A DNA stretch of 64,000 bases, taken from assembly GCA_976551045.1 (NCBI GenBank), contig CDPCPM010000107.1, forward strand, positions 9,176,001-9,240,000. The letters are read 5' to 3'. The notes under the pieces are model-generated. The model ran no database searches and had not been told where the DNA came from. It saw nothing but the letters and a program-made list of their open reading frames with translations. This DNA is from Glaucostegus cemiculus (lineage: Eukaryota). Shown here piece by piece: positions 1 to 12,325 of this stretch. Each line of letters begins with the position of its first letter. Within the stretch, counting starts at the first letter, position 1. A program made the position numbers and the translations under genes.

Positions 1-141
1 AAACTGTTTGGATTATAGATAGTTCTCAGGAACAGAATGCTGTCATGACCTGGGGATGACCTGTATTGGTAACACCAACAAAATTTTGTGCAGAATTTTC
101 ATTAAAGCATTAAATTAACAAATTAATATTTTCCTTTTTAG

Positions 142-230
142 GACTTACCATATTCCCTGATCGTTTTGTGGTATGTTTGACGCCCTGTGAAACTGGTCCA
201 AAGAAAAGAATGGCTGAGGAACAAAGTATT
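142..230 (+). CDS. SLX4IP: SLX4-interacting protein, internal coding exon (third from last)
   Basis: ttccttttta-g acceptor, gtatgt donor, 89 nt (phase 1 to 0). Translates LTIFPDRFVVCLTPCETGPKKRMAEEQSI, matching recalled human LCVFPDRFVVCV. Confidence 0.9.
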
Positions 231-1165
231 GTATGTATCTTTGTAATTCTATCAGTTGATATATGACTAAACCCATCATGAATATGTTTTGCAAAACTTC
301 ATAATATTTAGTTACATTTACCACCACCAACTAGGATTTTTAATATGTTGTATTTCTGGTAATAAAGTCTAATATTATAACAAGTACAGAGTAACAAAGC
401 ATTTTACAAAAGCTCTAATCCCATATGGCATTTGCTACCAGGGTTTGAAGGTAGCAGCTCAGTTTGAAGATAGGACTAACACAGCAGTGTTTTCTGCACT
501 CCCACCCAGCAAGATTTCAAACTGGAAGGAGTTGCATAAAATTTCTTTTTGGATGTACCCTATTTACATTAATTAAATTAACACTAGGAGCTAGGTGTCA
601 TAATTTATTTAAAATCTGGGTTTATAGGAACATAAGTATTATTCCAGGTATGTTTTGTTTCTGATTGCTTTTTAGTCTTAAGTTGCATCTGTGTAGAAAC
701 CTGTTTTTGTATCCTGTTTATCAGTTTATGGCAAATCAGAGGACATGAGGGAATGATATTAGCAGCAATTAACAATAATGCAGTATAAAACTGAAATGAT
801 TAAAAACTAATTGTTGATGCTTTTATGTAAAGAGTTGCTAGTCCAATAGTTTTGATTTTTTTCTATCTGTAACATCAAAAAAGAAAGTTATGACCTGTGT
901 GTTTTGAAGGCAAAAGAATGTTTAGTCATGAATAGAAGCAGCTGTTTCTATTTATTCATGACATATGTATTGCCTAATACATAGCTCTTTAACCCTCCTT
1001 CCCTAATGTAAGTGGAAGTGCATACTGAAGAAAGGTCATCAAGTATATATGGAAGTAACTTCCTTGTTATTTGTAAATTCAGGGATTATACCAAGATTTT
1101 TTAAAATCTGTTTTTACACTATTGCAGGTATCATTGTAGGAACTTATCAGTAACAAATATATAAG

Positions 1166-1520
1166 ATCATAAGAAATAGAATCAGGAGTAGGCCATTCAC
1201 TCCCCCGCACTTGCTGTACTGTTCAACAAGATCTTGGCTGATCGTTTACTCCAGGACCACTTTTCTGCGCTAACCCCATATTCCTTAATTTCCTTAATAT
1301 CCAAAAATCTATCGATCGCTGTCTTAAATGCATTGAGTGACTGAACATCCATAGCTCGGTATATAATTACAAAGATTCACTAGCCTCAGTGAGAAGAAAT
1401 TTCTTCTCGTCTCTATCCCACATGACTTCTTATTTTGCGACTTGAGCCCTAGTTCTAGGTAACCCAGCAAGGGTAAATGTTGGTCCTGCATCCATCCTGT
1501 CAAACCCCATAAGAATTTTG
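1166..1520 (-). mobile_element. CR1 LINE 3' fragment
   Basis: Begins cataagaaatagaatcaggagtaggccattc, the reverse complement of a CR1 3' end. Confidence 0.8.
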
Positions 1521-1529
1521 TACATTATA

Positions 1530-1886
1530 AAGAAGTATTTAAAATTATAAGAGGCATAGCTAGAGTGTAGTCAGAATCTTTTTCCCAGGGGTTTAAAAAA
1601 ACAAGATAATATAGGTCTAAGATGAGAGGAATGAGTTTAAAAGGGGATTTGAGGGGAAGGTTTCTACACAGAGATTTGTTGATTTCTGGAACTTGCTGCC
1701 AGGGGAGGTGATGGAGTCAGATGCAATCACCATGTTCAAGAGATATTTAGACAGGCACTCAAATAAGCAAGGTTTGGAAGAGTATGGGCCTAATACAGGC
1801 AAATGGGATTAATGTCAATGGGCAAAAAAGTCAGCATGGACGTAGTGGGCCAAAGGGCCTGTTTCTGTGCAGTGCAACTCTGACTT
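1530..1886 (+). mobile_element. CR1 LINE 3' fragment, divergent from the previous one
   Basis: ttctacacagaga...gggccaaagggcctgtttctgtgc 3' terminus, similar to the end of the 27.8-31.8 kb element. Confidence 0.8.
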
Positions 1887-4097
1887 TATTAAATGTTTGT
1901 TGGTCCTCTCTGAAATGTCCGTGTAATAAGTTGCAATGAAATAAGATGCAAAAATTGTACAATTGGGTAACTTTGTTTCAAAGATAGAGGGCATGTTAGT
2001 AGAATGTGCAGAGGAGTTCATTTTAAAATTGCAGACGAGTATCAACAAGTTTTCTTACCACTTCCGAATTCTAAAGCTACTTTGAGAGTTATTTGACAGT
2101 TCTTTCAGACCTCTCTCATTATCTTTCTTCTTTGCTTCCTGTTTTCCTCCCAAGTACAGTGGAGTATTTTCTCTCATGAGAGATACTGAATAAATATAAA
2201 TTGCCACCAGAATTACATTTTCAAGTACTCTACAATTCTGAATAACAAAAGTGAAACTATATTTAATTTCTGTTCTTTATTTTGTTGTCTTTTGTCATTT
2301 TCCTCCTTTCCCAAAAGTGAGGTTACTTAGCTGGGGATTTCCATGGGCATCATTTCCCTTCTGGTGATTGCTAAATGACCATTCTTCGTGTATAACACCA
2401 TGCTGTGCGCATCTCCTGTTGGGGCTTCCGGGTATAGCCCAATTCTGTTTATGCCTGATATTTGTAGATTCCCCTTATGGTTCTTGCTGCATGAGAAGTT
2501 ACTTGATCGAGAGATGAAGAAAGTAAATGACTTCTAGCCTTCAGCCAAAACTACTACTGCATTAGCCAGTTGAAGCAGTGCAAGAAATAGGGGATTATTA
2601 CCCCGTCTTCCTTCCCCCACAAAAGTAATCTCTTTCAAGCACCTGCCCACTGTCATATATTGAGAACTTTAATACATGTTATTGGATTTGTATCTTATTT
2701 GTATACCTATGATTTTATCTCCTTTGGTCAATACAAAGGAAACTGACAGTATTTTAGATCAAGGTGGGCTGAGAGTGTCCAATTGGGTGCCTGTAAGCAG
2801 CTCACTGGTGCCAATAACAAGGTATTGTCACATCAGCTGCTGTTCTTTGGTCAGATGACAGATTGATGGAACCATTGCTTTTTGTGGGCGAGTGCTGGCA
2901 GCCAGAGGAATGACTCCTTTGATCGTATGTTTATCTCAAGTCACATTATTTAAGCTTCTTTAAGGCAGAACGCTTAGTAGAGGTTCTCTTTAGTGCTTGA
3001 GCAGAAATTTCAGGTTTGTCAATTGAGCGGCATATTTGTCTTTATTGTTTATTGTAATCCTTTTTAAAAAAATAGTGTTTAATTTGTGTTTTTGAGAACA
3101 AACAAAACCACAATGATGTGTTTGTTATTACTCTGAGCTTAGTCAGAGAATTTTTAAATCAACCCTGTTGAGGTACAGTTGTAGATGTGGCCAGCTATCT
3201 TTCAGAGAAGCAAAAGTAAGCTGAAATACCTATTGTTATGACAAGCCATCTCCAGATGGATTATCTCTCTTAACTTCTCTTGTGTTATCATTCTTCTTAA
3301 TGTGTTCTCTTTTAGTCTAAAGATAGTCATATAATCTGGTATGAAAAATCAGTTTGCTGATTAATGCCCAAGGCAACAGTGCACTCTGGAGCACTCATCA
3401 GATGATCCTATGCATTTTCATGATTAAAAATCCACCCAGGTTCCCAGAGACGGTGGTATGGGTCTATACATCTGAGCTTTGTGAATAAGTGACTTAAGCA
3501 GAACAGTTGATCACATCGCCCATTTACACTGGCATAAGGCCTATGCCAAATTCAGCACTGGACCTCATCTGCTCTCACTCAGTGAGCCAAGGGGGGGTTG
3601 AGTCAGATGTATGTATGTAGCTCACTTGTGTCATCCGCATGAGTTGTTATGACATCAGCAGCTGCTCTCAGGTCAAACCAGGGAGTAGTGGAGGCAGTGG
3701 GAGCTGATGCTGGCTGCCAGAGAAATGACTGATGCTGACCCAGTGAAAATTACATGGTCACCCATAGCAAAGTGATAACAGCACTGAGCCTCTGGAAGAA
3801 CAATAGTAATTTTCAAAATTGAAAGTGTCAGTAATTCAGCATCTTTACTAGCCAGTTCTCCCTTGGTGATGTTTGCTTATTATCCAATCTTTTGTATATA
3901 ATCCTGTGTATTATAGAATATTATTTGGTTTTCTGATCTTAATTCCCTAAATGTGGATGTGGTAGTTATTGGTTGAGCATTTAAGGTAAATGTTAGTTGA
4001 GTAGTTAAAAATAATTTTCCTCCCTATGAAAGATCCTCGTTGACCTGTTAAAATGGAACAGGTCAAATCTGTTACCCACCAGTGAGTAGTACTGAGA

Positions 4098-4521
4098 TCG
4101 TCGTGGCTATCGCTCGAGGTCGAGGATGATGGTCTTCGTTCCGTTGATCTATTTATTAGCCCACAGAGCGAAGATGCCTGTGCGTGTATTTGTTTAACGT
4201 GTACTTGATGTTGCACTACAAAAGCACACGATACTTCACAAATCAACCAACTGAGTCCAATGACATGGAAACCACGGCGAATAGAGAGGATGGATTTGTT
4301 GCATCCTTCATCCGCCTTCACAACTGTTGAGTTTGCAGTAACTTTGTCCGCCTGTTCTACCGTTGAGATCTTGGTTGAATTGTTCTTTGTCAGGAACCTC
4401 ACCATCGACCTTACCGCCATGGGTGACCCTACCAGGAGCATAACTCCAGGTGGCATCGCTCTCGGGATCTCAGGGCCACTCAAGGTTCTCCACCACAACA
4501 AGGTGACAATCCATGGAGAAG
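4098..4521 (-). mobile_element. Short non-autonomous RTE-clade-derived retroelement
   Basis: Minus-strand head GGATTGTCACCTTGTTGTGGTGG...GGTAGGGTCACCCATGGCGG...TCCTGACAAAG resembles recalled RTE/BovB/Expander 5' ends. The 3' end ...CATCCTCGACCTCGAGCGATAGCCACGACGA is RTE-like. CpG-rich. Possible degenerate TSD agtactgaga (4088) / aatattgaga (4522). Confidence 0.7.
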
Positions 4522-7500
4522 AATATTGAGAACACCTTGTTGGTAAAGGTGATTAAATATACACACCCAACATCTCCAGCAACATGAAGAGCACTGAGAT
4601 AAGTGATTTCTGAGTTTGCAGTGATAATTGGAAGCCATTTTCCAATTCCCTTTCCTTCAAAGCCTATGTATCTTCCATTTGTGAACACAGCATTGAGTGG
4701 ATAAAGGATTTCTTCCTAACCCTACTTAAATTGACCCTACAGATTTAAATAGATTGTTTATTCTGTTTGGTAATGCTTATGTATGCATCTTTACAGCTTA
4801 CCTTGACTAAATTTTGAATTCATTATACAGGGTGAGCAGACTGCACTTCTAGGTCACTTCTGGTCATTTAGGTAATGTGCCAAATGAGGTTGCTCTTAGA
4901 TATGATGGTATGATAGGGAACTGAATGTGTCTGCACTTTGCAGAACAGGACAATATGCTAGAAGGGAAAGAGTGGGATGTATGGTAGAGGAGGAGGACAG
5001 TAGGCAAGACCATATCTGCTCTCAAGAGTAGCCAGATACTAATTCCTTTACTCAAGCTAAATGTGAACCAGTGCTTGAATAATCTCTGCTGTCTGACCTG
5101 CTAAGTATTTCCTGTTTTTATTTCAGATTTCCAGCATCTTCAGTTTTTTCTTGATCTTCATCATTAATCTTTGCTTCACAAAATAAGTCATGAATAAAAT
5201 CTGCCAACCATTGCAACCACAAATGCAAGTTCAATGCAGAGCAAGAACTTGCATGTGATTCACAGAGCATGTGATTGTCAAGATCAGTGTGGCTCTTGCT
5301 TTTTATAAACTAGATCCTTTGGAGATGTTTGCTGTTTGCAGACTGCTGTATGACGGAGGTTACCGATGCAATCTTTTTGAAGGAAATAGATTTGTCTCAT
5401 TTGCTCTTTAAAGTATATAAGCAGGAGGAGTAAACACTAGTTTTTGCACTGATTGGAGGCTTCCCTATGTGATAAAAGATATCTCCTCAGATCATGGTTC
5501 ATAACTTTGATCAGGAACATGAACAGGATGTCCATAATGAAAGCCATGCTACTTTGAGTAACACAGAGCACACCAATTCAAGCAACACTTCCACTACCTG
5601 GACTGCACTGGAGGATCACTTGCAGTATTTATTGTCAGCACGTTGTGGTAGTAAGCTGCACACTTCACAATCTGGCTATGAACAGGAGTCATTCTTGCCT
5701 ACTGAGGATGAGAAACTGGTAGTGAGGTGTAATAGGAAGTAGAGAAAAGGAAAGGAGGCTACAAAATGTACTGCTTCTATCTGCTGAATTCTCACAATCA
5801 GATTGTTCATCAGCAATTCAAGGTCAGCTACACTTCCCATTTATCAGTCGTCTCACTTTCTTTGCCTTTCCTTTATTACTGCTGATCATGTGTCTGTCAA
5901 TATAAAAAAGACACCTATGAAGTGCTTTCCCAGTGGCTGAAGGCTTGAGTGGTGAAGGCTGTTGACCTTCAGTTGAGAGCACAGATTATTTGCAAGGACA
6001 GGGCTTAGAGAGCTCTACTTTTTTTTGTGTGGGATGAATCAGTTTTGGGTACTAGTTAATGGTCAACAGTAAGGCCACTGGCATGGTGGCAAGGGTGGAA
6101 GCAGGAACAGCATCATCCTAAGAGAGGACTACAAGTTTATATTTTATGAAACAAACAAGGCCACTGTTTTGGTATAACATCTTAGCAGTCCTGCTGATCA
6201 ATTGTAAGACTGGTTTTTGGACTGCTGTAATAGTCGTACAGCACAGAAATTCAGTCCACCATGTCCATTTCAACCATCATGTACCCATCTATGCCTCGTG
6301 GAAATTCCTTTGAGCAGTGAATTCCAAGCCACAGTGGCAACAATACAAGATTCTAGTGCAGCAATGTAACCCTTTGGAAACTGCCTGTATTATATATATG
6401 AAAAAAAGATGCAACATCACCCATTAGGCACTGCATCATGGGGGTTCTACCAGTGTTATGATGGAGCTGACCACCTCCTCCATGTTGTAAATGATCAGCT
6501 TGAATCTGAAGAAAACTCTGCTTCTCGTGTTCCCTTTCATTTTGTGCCATCACCTTCTGTAAGAGGGAGATATGCCAGTGTATCCTACAATAAGTTTGTT
6601 GACGTCTCTGTTATGAGTGAATAACTGGGGGTGTGCATGAACTATGAGTTTAAGCCATGTGAATTGAAGAGTTGAAAACTAAACGATTGAGATTTCTGGT
6701 GTGTGTACAGTGAGAGTGTAATAAATAAAGCAGTGCATGAGGCCAGCATTGAAGATGGTAGAATTTGAAGAATGAACTTGCTCCTCTTAACAACTTGAGT
6801 CAGATTGTTGAACTATCCCCTGTACTGCATCTGTTTTCCTGGTGCTACATTCCTGGCATTGATCTCCGTCACTGCCTTCTGAGCATTTGTCTTGAGGACC
6901 TTTTGCTGCCTACAGATACAGAAAGCCTATCTATGTCTCAGAGAAGAAATTCCAATGCATCATTAAATAATGTTGGCAATATAATCTTAGAGGCTGAGCC
7001 ATCTTGAAAGAAAGTCAAAATCAATTAACATACAGAACTGCTTCAAGTAGCCATTTTTAAGCAGCATTGACTAATCATGATTTTAGACTGTCCAGTTGAT
7101 GCATTCAATAAGTGAACAATGCAAGCATGCTAGTTGCATGCAGTAATCATTGAAATGAATGGGTAATACATATTTAATATTTTGCCTGTAGTGCAATGAA
7201 AGATTGCAGGTTACTCAAGACGGTTTGGTCCCCACACCTGTCTCCACATCTTATCTAATTTTTAGTTCCATCATAATTCAGCAGTTTAAAAATAACCAGT
7301 GCTAGTTGCTGTGTGTAGTATATTAAGTAACAATGGCTGTTACTATTGCAAAGACCATCTGAGTAGGAGGGTGTAAGGTCATGCTCTTTGTCTGCTTTTT
7401 TTTTCCCTTGACACAGTACACTGAAATTGGAACTCATGCAAAAGGGTGTGCTTGGATCTGAGAATCTATTTTAGGTTATTATGTTAAGCAACCTTCCCTT

Positions 7501-10500
7501 TCAAATAAAATATAATTTTAATTTCCTTCTGAAAATTGACTATTATTTAATTTTAAAAATATTTCTCTTCCTGCTATCTACAGAACTGTGTACTGAAAAC
7601 AGCAGTGATGAGTTAAAAATTCCCTTTCAACATTTACTTTAGAGTTGAGAAGTTGCTGCAGTTTAAAATTAGATGTGCAATGTGTAAATAGAGTGTGTTC
7701 CATCATATTGTAGTAACATTTCACTACTAGCATTAAATAACTTTTTTTGCTGTGTCAAATCTGAAATTTACCAATTAAAGCTGTGACAAGTCTTGGCTTG
7801 CTTTGCATGAGCATTGAACTTCATACCCAAACATCATACACTTCCATTAATGTAGCATAACTTTCACTTTGTGTGCTTTCTGTAGATTTTCCTCATCTTC
7901 TAGCTCTTTGGAATGTAGTTTCTTTCCACAGCACTTCAGAAAGATTATTATTTATTTTATAGCCTTCCATAGTTCTTTGCCACTGCGTGACTTTTCCTTG
8001 CAGATTCAGCTAGAAACATCTGACATGCAAGTTATTTAAAAGCTGCTAATATATTCATTATGTAAACCAAACTTTTGCTTTAAACTGTGAGACTACTGTT
8101 ATTAAATGTCTTGTCAAAGATTTGGACTGTTTTGCAAAGAATATTTATTTCTGTTTTGTATTTTTAAATTAGCTTTAGTATTTTTTTGGAATGTTATTAG
8201 ACATTTTATAAGATGAATGCAGAACTACCTGTTCAATTTTGCACTTGTTGTATTGCCAACAAATCAGTTGCTTTGCCCAATTACCAGTTATGACTGCTTA
8301 CCTTTGTGGTCCAGAGTTTGCTGTCAGCCATAAGGCTATGGTGCTTTCTGTTGAAGGGGTAAAATAATCCCCATTTAAGACCTTGTACCCTCTGAGCTGA
8401 GAGCTTAGAATTTGCCAAAGCTACTGCAATGTCAGGTGTCTGTCAGTTCAGTGGGAATTCCTGATGCCTAGCAACTGATATTGACAACCTGCATAGCCAG
8501 TTATATTAACTAATTTTCACAGACTGGAAGCAGTTTTTTAATTAAATTTTTAAGCTTTATAAAGAGCACCAATTAAAGTCTGCAACATGCATATAAAATG
8601 TAGAGGTTGAAAAACTTCAACTTTTTACAAGTTATTTTAAAATCCCTAGTACTTGAAAATAAGTAAGAAATAAAACTGCAGATAAAATATAGTTCTTTCA
8701 GAGTCAGTTAATTTGCCAGACAACAAATGTCAGTAAAAGCTTCAGCATTCACAATGGGACTAGTTAGCTTAAAAAGCTTAAATTCGCATTGGTTCCACCG
8801 ATTTTAAGTTGCTTCCTTTGGGGAAGATTGCAAACAGTGCAGCTTGTTAATAGTCTTTGGATCTGTGACAGCAGCTTTAGTATTTCTGTATTAAAACACA
8901 AAATCTGCTGAATGTTGATGAAGTATTGATGGCAAAATCCAGAAGCTTTGCACTTTAATGCTAGTGCAAACTCTGGGCCAATGTGGCATTTTCATTTATT
9001 AATGCATTTGGGGTAAACTCCAGAATCTTGTTTTTGACTAGCAAAGTGCTAGTAGAGTTTGTAGGTCAAGTTCCTTCCTCAGTTTTAGTTACCTTAAAGT
9101 GATTATTCTACTCCCATCTGAAACAATTTTAACATGCTGTTGCTACTGAGGTGTTCGCTAGAATTCAAAAGGTTGATTAAGAGATTTCAAATGAATTTGT
9201 GTTGCCACATAGGACAGATGGCACAAATGAAACCAATGCTGGCGAATGTCTTTAATTATTGCTCTTTATTTTATTCAGTCTTTGTTTTCATTGGAAATAA
9301 ATCTTTTTTGAGAAATGTACAGCTATGGATTTGGCATGAATACAAACAATGTTGTAAAATATGTGAAATGTCACTGGAAAATTGATATAATAGAGGTTTT
9401 GTGATGGAGAATTATATGGTCTAAAAATAGATGCTGACCACCTAATTATGAGATCTAATATTTAGCATATTGCCATATTTTTATCATAGGAAGTAAAAAT
9501 AGAACTTTAAGCAGAACAGTACATTCCTTTTGATCAACAGACATCTGTGTCTGTCATTGTGCTGTTTTTCTTAAAGTTGCTTAATTGATGCTTAGGGGAA
9601 GGATTACTATAACAACTAAGATGTTTGTAAAGCCATTTCTGGTGCAATATTTGAAGCAGTTGCAGAGATTCTAATTTCATTTATGCATTCACTATTTGAA
9701 ACAGAGTCTGATTAAGCTTGAGGAAGATCACAAGATATACATCCCTATTAGTTCAATGATTGCTTGGACTTGCATTCTGTGTCATGTCCTTTGACTTTCC
9801 TTGCAACAGCTTCCCTTTGTGGCTCATTTCCAGCCTGAAGGAGTTTACATAATTCCTTCAGTAGAATTTTCAGCAGTTCCCACAGTGTCAAGGGCTGACT
9901 CATACTTCAGGCTTTTAATTGAACAATTCTGCATTTATTTTGTGTGTTTGTTTCATGTTTTGTTTTGTTTTAAAACTACTCTGGGGAATCGGGAGAGAGA
10001 AACACTTATGACCTACCCAAACTGTGATCACTTGTTTTAAGAACTCTGGTGGTGTTAACCCTTTCAGAACCATAAGTGTCACAGGATTTCTCATTTATAA
10101 TTTATTCTAGAATTGCTAAGAATGAAGCAACATGCCATACATTTCTTTAAATTATAAAATTTAGAATTGAAGGAAGCCGCACTTTCACTTCATTTGAAAA
10201 ACAGTTTTAAAAGTTGAGCACATGAGATTTTACAATTACTGTTTTCATTTCAGTGAGAAGAGATCTAGTAAACATTTTGAGTTAATGAGTTGTTGAATGT
10301 AGACAGTTTCCTGTGTCTTATGTAGAAAAATTATAGAATAAATAGTATAGCTAGTATTGTAGTATAATATCCTGTGATCCATTGCCAAATGTGCAGTGAG
10401 GTATTTTGGATATGAAATGTGTATTGGAAAGGCAGGTCACTTGTTATACCAGGTGTGATTGGGAGCCAAAAGGACAAATGTGCACAGACGTCAGATCCTA

Positions 10501-10839
10501 TTGGATGTTACATTGCTGAAGCCATTTGTAACTGCTGTACATCAGAAATATGCTATGTTCATTAGAATTTCAGATAGTAAAATTTGGCACCAGTACTGCC
10601 ATTTTAGAGCTCAACTTTCCCATCAATGTCTTTCCTTCACTCGGATAGTGGAACATATTTTAAGCAGCAATAAAAACTTACCCTACTTCCACCAAACCTC
10701 TTCCTGTCCACCCCCAGCACCCCATCCACCTCAATTAGAACAGTACAAGCATCGCAATAACATTCACTGTTCCAGCTGCCTTGACGTGGTCTGATTCGTT
10801 CCAGGTTAGAGCTGGACATATTTCTAGAATCTCATTATT

Positions 10840-11600
10840 TGGATCTGGATTGTACAAGGAAGATAGCAGGGATTCTCTGTTTGAGGATAATTAATTGTAT
10901 TTCATTCAATCACCAAAGACCAATAGAAAGAGAACTTGGGCTTCCCAATGATGCAGTTTTCGATTTAGAGCATGCATATTACTTTTCTAGTGATGCATGG
11001 CACCAGAGTCGAAAGGGATTCCACTCCCTCGACATTCAGCCAAAGGCAGGGAATTGTGTAGGTGAGGTAACAGGCAGTTACCTGTACAGTTCTCTAGCTT
11101 TGGTCACGCACCAGCTGAATGTTGAGGGAGTGGAATCCCTTTGGTTCTCGTACACAAGAGATTCAATGCGTAGCACTTGAAAAGCAATGTGTGTGTAGTT
11201 ATCATGCCATTGTTCTACAGCAGTGTATTGTGCCAGCTGCACTTGAATAGCCATGTCATTCTGTAGTCACCTTTTTAGTTTGTCAAGAGTTATCCACTAA
11301 TGATATGACACGTTAGACAACTGTGCATACATGGAGGATTGGTACATTTGAGGGCTGCATTGTATGCAAAATGTACTAAAACAAATCACTGGGGTGCTAA
11401 ACCCATGCTTTTGCTGCCTGGACTACTGAGGAGAGCCTCTGCAAATATGTATTGGGAACATTATGATTCATGGTAATCCCTGCAAACTGTAAAAGCATGC
11501 GAGTTAGCAGAGACAGTCCTTAACGCAAGCTGTCTGACAATCAGTAAAGAAGCAGGAGCATGAAGAAGAGGTAGAACAAGTGCTGAGCTATCTTTCTGCC
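10840..11600 (+). pseudogene. Degenerate PIF/Harbinger (HARBI1-like) transposase remnant
   Basis: Motifs in correct order across frames: GLPNDAVFDLEH (cf GFPxVxGxIDCTH), RKGFHSLDIQ, SYHAIVLQQCIVP (cf SxHDAFILRQS), KSYPLM (cf DKGYPL), QITGVLNPCFCCLD (cf QTIGVLKQRFRCLD), then an acidic tail. Confidence 0.8.
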
Positions 11601-11726
11601 TTTTTCACCCAGAAGTGTGTGTGAAAAGCCCTTGAAGTGATACTATTAATTATAAACCTAACTCCCTATTTATTCACAATGAAAAAGTAAAATTCGCCAC
11701 AAAATAAATGTTCCCAATCTAATTTC

Positions 11727-12325
11727 ACAAGATCACAAGACAAAGGAGCAGAAGTAGGCCATTTGGCCCATCGAGTCTGCTCCTCCACTTCACCATGACC
11801 TAAACTATTCTCCCATCTAGCCCCAATTCCTGGCCTTCTCCCCATATCCCTTGATACCCTGACTAATTAGATACCTATCAATCTCCTCCTTAAACACCCC
11901 CAATAATCGAGCTTCCACAGCTGTACGTGGCAACAAATTCCATAAATTCACTCCGCATCGCTGTTCTAAATAGGTGCCCTCTAATTCTAAGACTGTGCCC
12001 TCAGGCAGCACGATAGCGTAGCGGTTAGCACGACGCTGTTACAGCGCCAGCGATCGGGGTTCGATTCCTATCGCTGACTGTAAGGAGTTTGTATGTTCTC
12101 CCGTGTCTGCGTGGGTTTCCTCCGGGTGCTTCGGTTTCCTCCCACATTCTAAAGGCGTACGGGTAGGTTAATTTGGGGGTTTAGAATGGGTGGCACAGAC
12201 TCGTTGGGCCAAAAGGGCCTGTTACCTCGCTGTAAATAAAATAAAATAAAAAAATAAATGTCCTGGATTCACTCACCATAGGAAACATGTTAGCTACATC
12301 TATTCTGTCCAGTCTTTTCAACGTA
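11727..12325 (-). mobile_element. CR1 3' fragment interrupted by a SINE
   Basis: ORF 11817-12011 NLWNLLPRTAVEA...FKEEIDRYL is the CR1 ORF2 C-terminus. The sequence resumes after the SINE at 12259. Confidence 0.85.
12004..12258 (+). mobile_element. Young tRNA-derived V-SINE (HE1-like)
   Basis: A-box-like tagcgtagcgg, B-box ggttcgattcc, V-domain gtgggtttcctccgggtgc..ggtttcctcccaca, LINE-like 3' end and (taaaa)n tail. CpGs are retained. Confidence 0.9.

Noticed and set aside
3947-4529. Overlapping 184-aa and 89-aa ORFs as a novel small gene
   Set aside because: Both coincide with the RTE-derived repeat; no recognisable domain or splice context.
12004-12080. tRNA gene
   Set aside because: It is the tRNA-derived head of a SINE and continues into the V-domain and tail.
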